From NCBI GenBank assembly GCA_965261545.1, contig CBDHDF010000002.1, positions 736,001 through 800,000 on the forward strand: a DNA stretch of 64,000 nucleotides. Reading direction: 5' to 3'. Origin of the DNA: Bdellovibrionales bacterium. Lineage in GTDB: Bacteria > Bdellovibrionota > Bdellovibrionia > Bdellovibrionales > UBA1609. The first letter of the stretch is position 1, and each line of letters opens with the position of its first letter. The notes beneath the pieces are model-generated. The model saw only the letters and a list, made by a program, of their open reading frames with translations, made no database searches and was not told the origin of the DNA. The position numbers and the translations under genes are program-made. Positions 20,335-29,139 of the stretch are shown in pieces.

Positions 20335-23040
20335 ATGAATGAATCCAATGGATTCGAAGAACAAGGGGCCTCTTGCTCCCAACTGACGGATCGTTATAGT
20401 CCCCAGGATGTGGAAAAGCGCATCTATGCTTGGTGGGAGAACCAAGGGTATTTTAAAGCTGAAGATACTTCGACCAAACCTCCTTTCAGTATCATCCTCC
20501 CCCCCCCCAATGTGACAGGCTCCCTCCACCTCGGCCATGCCCTAGATCACTCCATTCAAGACTGCCTTGTTCGATGGAAGAGAATGAGTGGCTACAATGT
20601 TTTATGGCTTCCAGGTACGGATCACGCAGGCATAGCCACTCAAAGTGTTGTTGAGAAGAGTTTAATGAAAGAGGGCCTTGGACGCCGGGATTTGGGTCGA
20701 GAAAAGTTTGTCGAGCAAGTGTGGAAGTGGAAAGAAAAGCATGGTCACAGCATTGTCGATCAAATGAAACGACTGGGAAGTTCTTGTGATTGGGAGAGAC
20801 ATGTTTTTACCTTGGATGAAAATGTTTCTCGTGCTGTGCGTAAGGTTTTTGTGGACCTTTACAAAAAAGATTGGATATACCGTGGTCAACGCTTAATCAA
20901 TTGGAGTCCTCAATTGGAGTCGGCTCTTTCAGACTTGGAGGTTGAATACCAAGAGGTGAAGGGATCTTTGTGGTACATTAAATATCCGGTGGAAGGTGAG
21001 CGGGAAAAGTTGGTTGTGGCGACAACACGCCCAGAAACCATACTTGGCGACTCTGCTGTTGCTGTTCACCCTGATGATGAGAGGTACCAGCACCTTATTG
21101 GCAAGTCTGTCTTACTGCCTCTCACAGAGCGCCACATTCCCATTATTGCAGATAAGTATGTGGATAAGGATTTTGGTTCAGGAGTTGTGAAGATCACTCC
21201 TGCCCACGATTTTAATGATTACGAGGTGGGAGAAAGGCATGGTTTAGAAAAAATAAATATTCTCAATAAAGATGGGACACTCAATGAGAACGCAGGGGAG
21301 TACCAAGGGCTCAAGGTTTCAGAAGCACGTAAGCGTATTGTTGCCGATCTTGAGCAAAAAGATGGGCTCCAAAAGGTAGAGTCCCACCAAAACTCTGTGG
21401 GGCACTGTTCGCGCAGTGGCTGTGTCGTGGAACCCTACTTGTCGGAGCAGTGGTTTGTTAGAACTTCTGAATTGTCTTTGCCCGCTATCCATGTGGCTCA
21501 AAATGGAACTCTCCTTTTTGAGCCTGCTTCTTGGACAAAAACTTACTTACATTGGATGAATGCCATTCAAGATTGGTGTATTTCAAGACAGCTTTGGTGG
21601 GGGCACCAGATTCCTGCTTGGTATTGTGGGGATTGCAATGAAGTGACTGTGGCGGAGCTTTCGCCTGAAAAGTGTTCGGGTTGTGGTGGTTTGCAACTCA
21701 CCCAAGATGAGGATGTTCTCGACACATGGTTTAGCTCGGGGCTATGGCCTATGAGCACCATGGGGTGGCCGGATAGCACAGAAGCTCAAAAGACATTTTA
21801 TCCCACAGATATTCTTGTCACAGGTCATGATATTATTTTCTTTTGGGTGGCTCGAATGGTGATGATGGGCTTGGAGTTTAAGAAAGATATTCCTTTTAGA
21901 AAAGTGTATATCCATGGTCTTATTCGGGATTCCAAGGGAAATAAAATGTCAAAATCACTTAATAACTCCATAGACCCCGTGGAATTGATTGATAAATGTG
22001 GAGCCGATGCTCTTCGTATGACTCTCTTGTCACAGGTGGCTTCGGGAAGGGACTTGAAGTTTTCCCAGCAACGACTGGAAGGTTATAAAAACTTTATGAA
22101 TAAAGTTTGGAATGCCGCTCGATTTGCCCTTGCTTCTCTAAAGGATTTTGATGGTAGAGAAGTGCTGCTTCCCAAGAGTTCCGCTCTCAGTGATGCCGAC
22201 CATTGGATCATTGCCAAGCTGGGGGAGTGTGAGGCTGAAATTGGCAAGGCTCTTGAGCAGAACCGCTTTTCAGATGCCACGCGCATTATTTACAACTTTG
22301 TGTGGCATGAGTTCTGTGATTGGTATTTAGAGTTTATTAAACCTGTGATTTATGGTGACCAAAGTAAGGATAGAGTTGTGACACAAATGGTTTTGGCTCA
22401 AACTTTCAACCGTATGCTTCGATTGCTTCATCCCTTTGCTCCCTTTATCACAGAGGAAATTTATCAAAAACTGCCCATCAAGGGAGAATCTATTATGGTC
22501 GATACTTATCCCACTCCTTCCAATGATAGAGAGTTATTAGCTTTAGGTTTGGGTCCTTCGATGGAAGAAATGGATATGGTTCGAGAGGTCATTGTCGCCA
22601 TTCGAAATATAAGAGGTGAAAATAGAGTCAAGCCTAGTGAAAAAGTAGTGGTGCACTTGGCTCCAACAGATGAAAGGGCTCAAAAGATTTTGAGTGCCAA
22701 CAAGCCCTTTATTATGAATTTGGCTCGTCTCAAGGAGTGCAATGTGGGTGAGATCACTTCTTTTTCTAAATGTGCTGTGGCTCCTGTGAGAACAGGGGAG
22801 TTTCAGGTGGATGTGGTGGTTCCCTTGGAGGGGCTTGTGGATTTACAAGAAGAGGTTAAGAGAATCACCAAGTCCATTGAAAAATGGCAAAAAGAGGCTT
22901 CGCGCCTCACTCAGCGTTTGACCAATGAAGATTTTGTCAAAAATGCCCCTGAGGAGGTGGTTCAGCAAGTGCGGGGGCAGTTGGAAGGTTTTAACAGCCA
23001 GATTAAGAGTCTTCAAGAAAGTCTCCAGCGGCTTTCATAG
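20335..23040 (+). CDS. valS: Valine--tRNA ligase
   Basis: PPPNVTGSLHLGHA, DWCISRQLWWGH, KMSKS and a C-terminal coiled coil. Confidence 0.98.
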   Translation: MNESNGFEEQGASCSQLTDRYSPQDVEKRIYAWWENQGYFKAEDTSTKPPFSIILPPPNVTGSLHLGHALDHSIQDCLVRWKRMSGYNVLWLPGTDHAGIATQSVVEKSLMKEGLGRRDLGREKFVEQVWKWKEKHGHSIVDQMKRLGSSCDWERHVFTLDENVSRAVRKVFVDLYKKDWIYRGQRLINWSPQLESALSDLEVEYQEVKGSLWYIKYPVEGEREKLVVATTRPETILGDSAVAVHPDDERYQHLIGKSVLLPLTERHIPIIADKYVDKDFGSGVVKITPAHDFNDYEVGERHGLEKINILNKDGTLNENAGEYQGLKVSEARKRIVADLEQKDGLQKVESHQNSVGHCSRSGCVVEPYLSEQWFVRTSELSLPAIHVAQNGTLLFEPASWTKTYLHWMNAIQDWCISRQLWWGHQIPAWYCGDCNEVTVAELSPEKCSGCGGLQLTQDEDVLDTWFSSGLWPMSTMGWPDSTEAQKTFYPTDILVTGHDIIFFWVARMVMMGLEFKKDIPFRKVYIHGLIRDSKGNKMSKSLNNSIDPVELIDKCGADALRMTLLSQVASGRDLKFSQQRLEGYKNFMNKVWNAARFALASLKDFDGREVLLPKSSALSDADHWIIAKLGECEAEIGKALEQNRFSDATRIIYNFVWHEFCDWYLEFIKPVIYGDQSKDRVVTQMVLAQTFNRMLRLLHPFAPFITEEIYQKLPIKGESIMVDTYPTPSNDRELLALGLGPSMEEMDMVREVIVAIRNIRGENRVKPSEKVVVHLAPTDERAQKILSANKPFIMNLARLKECNVGEITSFSKCAVAPVRTGEFQVDVVVPLEGLVDLQEEVKRITKSIEKWQKEASRLTQRLTNEDFVKNAPEEVVQQVRGQLEGFNSQIKSLQESLQRLS

Positions 23041-23069
23041 GGTGCCTTTGTCAAGTCTTTGGAGTTATT

Positions 23070-24053
23070 TTGAGTGCTAATTCATGGGGTTATCTTTTTA
23101 AGTTGGTGAGTTTTGGGGAGAGCCATGGTCCCGCCCTAGGTGTTGTGATTGAGGGTTGTCCTGCGGGATTAGAGTTGGATGAAGACTTACTTCACCGTTG
23201 GATGGAGAGAAGGCGGCCAGGAGGCAAGTCTGTTTCAGGACGCAGGGAAAGGGATCGCCTTCAAATATTGAGTGGTTTGTTTGAGGGAAAAACCCTTGGA
23301 ACTCCCATTGCTGTTGTGGTGGCCAATGAAGATTCACGATCTGAAGACTACAAAGAGATTCAAGATCACCACCGCATTGGCCATGCTGATGATGTTTGGC
23401 AGGATAAGTTTGGGCACAGAGACCACCGGGGGGGAGGCCGAGCTTCGGGGCGGGAGACCCTTGCTCGTGTTATTGGTGGAGCTTTTGCCCAAATGCTTGT
23501 GCAAAAAATATGCCCTCGTGTAAAGGTCTGTGGTCGTCTCATACAAGTGGGGGATAGGGTGGAAGATGGAAGGGGTGAAAGTGGTCGAGAAGCCTTGGAG
23601 TCCTTTTTGTTAAAGGCGAAGGAAGAGGGAGAAAGCTACGGAGCTATGGTTGAGATTCAAATTCAATCACCTCCTAGGGGGCTTGGACAACCTGTGTTTC
23701 GCAAACTCAAATCAGATCTTGCCCAAGCGATGATGAGTGTGGGGGCCACGGGAGCCTTTGAAATTGGGGAGGGGAGAGACGCCGCCTTTTCCAAGGGCAC
23801 GGAGTTTCATCAAGAAATGAATCACTCTCGATATGGTGGTATAAGGGGAGGCCTCAGCACAGGCGAGACTATATCTTTCAGAGTTTGTTTTAAACCCACA
23901 TCATCTTTATTGGATGTGGCTAAAAAAGGTCGTCACGATCCTTGTGTGGCCCTGCGTGCTCTTCCTGTGCTTGAAGCCATGGCTTATATTGTGCTCGCCG
24001 ATCATTTGCTGTGGACTCGATTGGATCGAGTGGAGATTCACTCTTCATATTGA
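23070..24053 (+). CDS. aroC: Chorismate synthase
   Basis: FGESHG, RGGGRASGRET, GGIRGG and GRHDPC. Confidence 0.96.
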   Translation: MSANSWGYLFKLVSFGESHGPALGVVIEGCPAGLELDEDLLHRWMERRRPGGKSVSGRRERDRLQILSGLFEGKTLGTPIAVVVANEDSRSEDYKEIQDHHRIGHADDVWQDKFGHRDHRGGGRASGRETLARVIGGAFAQMLVQKICPRVKVCGRLIQVGDRVEDGRGESGREALESFLLKAKEEGESYGAMVEIQIQSPPRGLGQPVFRKLKSDLAQAMMSVGATGAFEIGEGRDAAFSKGTEFHQEMNHSRYGGIRGGLSTGETISFRVCFKPTSSLLDVAKKGRHDPCVALRALPVLEAMAYIVLADHLLWTRLDRVEIHSSY

Positions 24054-24107
24054 TCGGATGGTCTTCATTTTTCATTTAGGTTCTTATTCGTGGGTTCTAT
24101 TTTTTTA

Positions 24108-26000
24108 TTATTTATTTGGTAAACTTGTCCCTCCGTCATTGATCGTCCAACCCTTGCCTTCTAAGCTTGTACGGGCTTGTGCCGCTTTGGATGGATACTT
24201 GAGTGTGCCGACGTCAATTTGTTTTGTTATATTGGTGCTTGTGGGTGTACTTTGATTGAAACTTATTAAGAATTTTGAGTAATTTTCTGAGGTTAGACTT
24301 GAGTTGAAGAATATATTATCGAGATCAGTCACATTTTCAAAATTCCAGTTACTTGTATCAGGGTTGGCTTTTTTGGCGTATTGAAACATCAAATGCATGT
24401 CTGTAACACGGGTCGTGTTCCACTGACTTGTATTTGGATTTGCATTTAAGGTACTGCCAAACATACCTCGCATATTGGTGACGTTGGATGTATTCCAGCC
24501 ACTTGTATTTGAATTGGCTTCAGTAGCACCATAAAACATAGCTGACATATCGGTGACCTTGGAAGTGTCCCAACCACTTGTATCAGAGTTGGCTTTAGTC
24601 GCTGAGAAAAACAAACCTGACATATCGGTAACGTTGGATGTGTTCCAGCCACTTGTATCAGGATTGGCTTTAGTAGCAAAAGTAAACATATTTGCCATAT
24701 TTGTGACCTTGGATGTGTTCCAGTCACTTGTATTGGGGATGGCACTAGCAGCAAAATGAAACATGAAGCTCATGTTGGTAACGTTGGATGTGTCCCAACC
24801 ACTTGTATCAGGATTGGCTTTGTGAGCGTCAAAAAATAAACTTGCCATATTGGTGACGTTGGAGGTGTTCCAACCGCTGGTGTCAGGGTTGACATTGTTG
24901 GCACCTTGAAACATGGAGTGCATACTGGTGACGTTAGAAGTGTCCCAATCACTTGTATCAGGATTGGCCTTAGCGGCATCTTGAAACATGCCTGCCATAT
25001 TTGTGACGTTGGATGTGTTCCAACCATTTGTGTCTGGATTCGCTTGGTCAGTAAAAGCAAACATGGCTGTCATATTGGTGACGTTGGAGGTGTCCCAACC
25101 ACTTGTATCAGGGATGACATCTTTAGAAGATTTGAACATAGCACTCATGTCGGTGACACCTGAGGTATCTCCTCCTAAAAATTTGGTAAGATGGGTGTTA
25201 CTGTCAAAAGCATGGGAGAGGTCCTTCCATCCCATATTTCCGAAATTTATGACTTCGAGTAGTAATGTACTTGCAGTATTTGAAGATGATTCTCGAAAAT
25301 CATTTTGAAACCCCTCACAGGTTCCCACTATTCGGATGATGTATGTTCCCGCTTTGGCATAGGTATGCGTTTTATCAGGATCATCGAAAGATGTGACTTC
25401 GCTGGGGTTGCTTCCATCCCCCCAATCCACAGTAAAGTTGTATACGAATGCTGATGGCTCATTACTTAGTTTAAGGTAAGATGGATCACTGTTTGGCTTA
25501 AGGGGAATGGTGAATCTATAATTATCATCTGGGAATTCCCATTTTGTTATAAAGTGATTGAGATTATTGGCAATTGTAGCTGTTTGTGTATCGCCTTGAT
25601 GGGTGACTGTGATTGTCACTTGAACTGATATTATTTGTTGCAAGTTCACAGACCCTATAAAAGCATTGGAATTACAGGGCACTTTTAAATGGATGTTGGG
25701 TTCCCCAATGTCTATGGAAACGCTCTCTATGAATGTTGAATTGCAGGTTCCACGGACAGGGTAGGTGTCGACATTGGATGAAGAAAGGGGAGGTGGTGCA
25801 GTGATGCTTAGAGATACGTCTTTGCTTAGTGGTGGACTCGGTGGTGAACTCGGTGAAGGATTGAGAACCTGCCTATTATTTTTCCGATGAAAGCTGGTTT
25901 TATTGAAGCAACCCACAAGGAGACCTAAAGATAATATGAGCAAGAGTGAAAATTTTTTGTGATTTATATTCTTCTTAGTGATTGTTTTTTCTTTTGTCAT
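24108..26000 (-). CDS. BspA-like/DUF285-repeat surface lipoprotein (paralog 2, about 11 repeats)
   Basis: Lipobox LVGC, DWGDG domain, eleven 25-aa W(D/N)TS(N/K)VT.M..MF repeats and GWTINDGG. Confidence 0.87.
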   Translation of the reverse strand: MTKEKTITKKNINHKKFSLLLILSLGLLVGCFNKTSFHRKNNRQVLNPSPSSPPSPPLSKDVSLSITAPPPLSSSNVDTYPVRGTCNSTFIESVSIDIGEPNIHLKVPCNSNAFIGSVNLQQIISVQVTITVTHQGDTQTATIANNLNHFITKWEFPDDNYRFTIPLKPNSDPSYLKLSNEPSAFVYNFTVDWGDGSNPSEVTSFDDPDKTHTYAKAGTYIIRIVGTCEGFQNDFRESSSNTASTLLLEVINFGNMGWKDLSHAFDSNTHLTKFLGGDTSGVTDMSAMFKSSKDVIPDTSGWDTSNVTNMTAMFAFTDQANPDTNGWNTSNVTNMAGMFQDAAKANPDTSDWDTSNVTSMHSMFQGANNVNPDTSGWNTSNVTNMASLFFDAHKANPDTSGWDTSNVTNMSFMFHFAASAIPNTSDWNTSKVTNMANMFTFATKANPDTSGWNTSNVTDMSGLFFSATKANSDTSGWDTSKVTDMSAMFYGATEANSNTSGWNTSNVTNMRGMFGSTLNANPNTSQWNTTRVTDMHLMFQYAKKANPDTSNWNFENVTDLDNIFFNSSLTSENYSKFLISFNQSTPTSTNITKQIDVGTLKYPSKAAQARTSLEGKGWTINDGGTSLPNK

Positions 26001-26016
26001 TGTTGGTTCTTCCTGT

Positions 26017-26063
26017 TGTTTGTTATGTGCCTGTGTTTGTTATGTGCCTGTGTTTGTTATGTG
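26017..26063. repeat. 17-bp tandem repeat (about 2.8 copies) in the 5' region of DUF285 paralog 2
   Basis: TGTTTGTTATGTGCCTG starts at 26017 and 26034, with a partial copy at 26051. Confidence 0.9.
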
Positions 26064-26239
26064 ATAGTCTCTTAACAAATTTTCGGTGGAATAGAATCCG
26101 ATGATGAGTGTTAAAATGAGAAGTTATAATCAATGATCATAACGAGTCAGAAAATGGTTCATAAACTTGGGAGGAAAGTAAACAGGTGACCAATCATTGG
26201 ACAGATCTTGTGCTGATATTCTATTCAAAAGACTTAGGT

Positions 26240-26255
26240 GGGCCTTTGTTTTGCA
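26240..26255 (+). promoter_or_regulatory. Weak candidate sigma-54 promoter
   Basis: GG-N10-GC spacing (GGGCCTTTGTTTTGCA) about 100 bp upstream of the 26356 gene. Confidence 0.3.
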
Positions 26256-26355
26256 CCTTTAAAGTTTGGTAGCCATCCAATCATCCATTGGAGGCCATCG
26301 TGGTTATTATTTAAATTATTTAATTTATAGTATTTAATTTATAGGGGGTCTCACT

Positions 26356-28125
26356 TTGATTAGATTTATACTCTTTCTCTTTACTCTAACACATTCATGG
26401 GGGCTTTACGCCAATTCATATGAGAATTCAAAAGAGTATGTGTATAAGGAGTGCCAAGAGATGCAACGCCAAGGAAATCCATACACTTGGGGAACGGTTC
26501 AGGGGATTCTAGGGTGTTGGTCTAACGATACGCCAAGTGTGTTGCCGGCGGATTCTCCGATACCTGCTGGCACTTCTTCAGCTTCTGGTCAGAATCATCA
26601 TCCCCCGTCACAACAAGAGCCTCGTCGTGCTCCAAGTTCTCAAGCCGAAGAATCTAGCGTCTCAAATAATTCTTCGACTCTATCTAAGGCAGAGCTTCAG
26701 AGAAAATGCAGCCACAAGAGAGGACACAGTTGGGGGTATAACGGGAATATGTCTGAAGGGTGTTGGCCTGATGATCAAATCATCGACGTCGAGGACAGAG
26801 AACCTGCTAGTTCATGTTCTCGTTCCGTGACCTACAGAGAACTTAAGCAAGCTGAAGAAGAAGTGAAAGCTTGTAATCAAAAAATGCACAAAGCCGATGA
26901 TTGTTGTCGCAATCCCATTAAGTGCCTAGGGGGGGATGACAGTTTAGGGCTTGGAGAATCTTTGGCTCCCGCTCTCGGTGGTCTTGCTGTGGGGCTCGCT
27001 CAAGGGCAAGGTCTTAAAGAAGGCGGCTACAAAGGTATTGCCAAGCAATGTGCCCTTTATAAAAAAATAGGTTATACATCGGCCGCAATCAGTGGGGCTA
27101 TGGCTGCTTCCTGTACCGCAAAACGACAGATGTGTTTGGATAGTTGTGGCGACACAAAAGATCGTATCCGAAGTCTTGTGGATCGATGCCAATCTTGTTC
27201 CCGGGGAGGCTCTTACACCAGTGGTCGTTGTGATGAAGTGAAGACCCTTTTCAGACAAGTGAAGGGTTTCAATAATAACTGTGAAAGCTTTAATGTGGAT
27301 ATTGCCAAGCATGTAAAAAATGCTGCGTCCAGTGTTGCAGGGGCAGAGATGAGTGCGTTGTGCGAAAAATCTGCGAAGAATGAGCCGCCCCCCATTGTGG
27401 GTCAGAATTTTCAACCTCTTCCGGGGGTCACTGATTGCAGCCTTCCCTCCAATGCTTCCAACCCCATTTGTCGACTGGATTGCAGTCGTCCTGGTTCAGA
27501 AAGCAATCCCTTGTGCCAACATCAAAAGACAGATAGCACCGACCTTAGCAGTACAGAAGCCTTTGCACAAAAAAAGAGGGAAGTGGATTCAGAGGGTGAA
27601 GGTGATGCGAATGTTGGGTGGGTGGATGAAGACAATGACCAACTGGCGCGTCACTCCAATGTGGCTCCCCAGGGGCAGGGCATTGTAACAGCCACAGGAG
27701 GGGGAGGTGGTTCCTTTTCTGGAGGAGGTCTTGGAGGTGGTGGTTCTAGTGGTTCCCGGGGAGCGGGGGCCCGTGCCGGTGGAAAAACACCCCATGGCCC
27801 CAAGGTTTTTAAGGGGCACCGTGGTCGCACAGGTTATTCAAAAAGATATAGTGGTGGCAGCAGTAGCAGTGGTGGATTTCGTGGCTATGGTCAAGGTTCT
27901 TCTCGTCGGAATAAGGGCAAGAGGGATTATAGAGGCAAAAAATTTGACTTAAAGCAATTCTTGCCTGGAGGTCTGCGTGATCCCAAGAGAAGGTTGGCGG
28001 TTCATATTCCAAAAAACGATCGACGGCAAGTGGGGCAAAAATATGTGGATGTTTGGAAAAAGATTACAGCTCGCTATCAACATATTTGCAAAGTGGGCAG
28101 CCTTAAAGGCTGTCGTAGGAGGTAA
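26356..28125 (+). CDS. Secreted Cys-rich, Gly-rich hypothetical protein
   Basis: Signal peptide, more than 20 Cys, a Gly/Ser-rich basic tail and C-terminal KITARYQ. Confidence 0.7.
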   Translation: MIRFILFLFTLTHSWGLYANSYENSKEYVYKECQEMQRQGNPYTWGTVQGILGCWSNDTPSVLPADSPIPAGTSSASGQNHHPPSQQEPRRAPSSQAEESSVSNNSSTLSKAELQRKCSHKRGHSWGYNGNMSEGCWPDDQIIDVEDREPASSCSRSVTYRELKQAEEEVKACNQKMHKADDCCRNPIKCLGGDDSLGLGESLAPALGGLAVGLAQGQGLKEGGYKGIAKQCALYKKIGYTSAAISGAMAASCTAKRQMCLDSCGDTKDRIRSLVDRCQSCSRGGSYTSGRCDEVKTLFRQVKGFNNNCESFNVDIAKHVKNAASSVAGAEMSALCEKSAKNEPPPIVGQNFQPLPGVTDCSLPSNASNPICRLDCSRPGSESNPLCQHQKTDSTDLSSTEAFAQKKREVDSEGEGDANVGWVDEDNDQLARHSNVAPQGQGIVTATGGGGGSFSGGGLGGGGSSGSRGAGARAGGKTPHGPKVFKGHRGRTGYSKRYSGGSSSSGGFRGYGQGSSRRNKGKRDYRGKKFDLKQFLPGGLRDPKRRLAVHIPKNDRRQVGQKYVDVWKKITARYQHICKVGSLKGCRRR

Positions 28126-28128
28126 TTC

Positions 28129-29124
28129 ATGTTGATTTTTTTGTGTGCCCCCAGGGGCTTATATTTATCACTCAAGGATTTGTCTTTACCACCAGTTGTG
28201 TGGTTCGTGGCCTGTCTCTATTTATTTGTGGGGTTACTTGTGGGGCTTTGTCCCCGTGGGGCCTATGGATCAGGCACGGAGGCCAGTGCCGCTTTGGGCA
28301 TGGCTTCCCAGGCCATTGGAGTGGGTGGCAATTTTATGGCGGCACGGACTTACCAGGCGACATGCTATAGTCCATCTAAGACAGGTTGTCCTGAAATGGC
28401 TTTGAGTTATGCCAATGCGGCTTCAGATGCTCTCTCTGCTTTGCAGTCCTTAGCCACAAAAAATGCGGCTCACAATGGTGGTGGAGGAGTCGGTTCCATT
28501 GATCTTCCCGATTTGTCTTCCTTTGATACCCTTAGCGATATGGGTGATTACTTTGCAAAGCATCCAGAGTCTTTCGATCAGTTGAAAACAGAACTGCCAC
28601 CTGAGGTCAAGGATGCCTTTGGAAATCCCAAAGACCTTATTGGACATATTCAAGGCGTGACGGATAAGGGTTTTGATGTGGACTTGAAAACCCAAGAAAT
28701 CACTCTTCCTGAGGCTTATGCTTCGGGGAGTTCATCTGTGAGTGGAACAGGCTCCGTCAAGGTTTCTGGAAAGGGTTTCAAACCAGAGGCTCTTCCTCCT
28801 CATGTGGCAAAAGATATTCAAAGCCGTGTGGCCAAGGCACTGGGGGGTTTGAAGAAAAACAAGCCGGCCATGGGAGCTGGGGGCGGTTTTAATTATGGAG
28901 GTTCTTCGAGCTATAAGGCTTCTTCATACAAACCCTCTTCTTTCACCATAAAACCCTTTCAATTTCCTGGTGCCGCAGAACAGAGAAAACCCGCCTCCGT
29001 CAAAGGACTTCAAAGAGTGGTGGCCAGTGGTGAATCCATTGGTGTGGCGGGGGATAATGTTTTTGGCATGATCACTCGACGCTATCAGAAAATGAGCACA
29101 CAAGGAACTTTTATCAATAAGTAA
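28129..29124 (+). CDS. Secreted/membrane hypothetical protein
   Basis: Hydrophobic N-terminus, Gly-rich tail and C-terminal GDNVFGMITRRYQ; 3 bp after the previous gene. Confidence 0.65.
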   Translation: MLIFLCAPRGLYLSLKDLSLPPVVWFVACLYLFVGLLVGLCPRGAYGSGTEASAALGMASQAIGVGGNFMAARTYQATCYSPSKTGCPEMALSYANAASDALSALQSLATKNAAHNGGGGVGSIDLPDLSSFDTLSDMGDYFAKHPESFDQLKTELPPEVKDAFGNPKDLIGHIQGVTDKGFDVDLKTQEITLPEAYASGSSSVSGTGSVKVSGKGFKPEALPPHVAKDIQSRVAKALGGLKKNKPAMGAGGGFNYGGSSSYKASSYKPSSFTIKPFQFPGAAEQRKPASVKGLQRVVASGESIGVAGDNVFGMITRRYQKMSTQGTFINK

Positions 29125-29139
29125 CAAAGTCACAGGCTT

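Noticed and set aside
24350..25170. Regularly spaced ~75-bp repeats that look like a CRISPR array (also 6251..6467 and 42190..42570)
   Set aside because: They are in-frame 25-aa DUF285 coding repeats with no unique spacers, and no cas genes are present.
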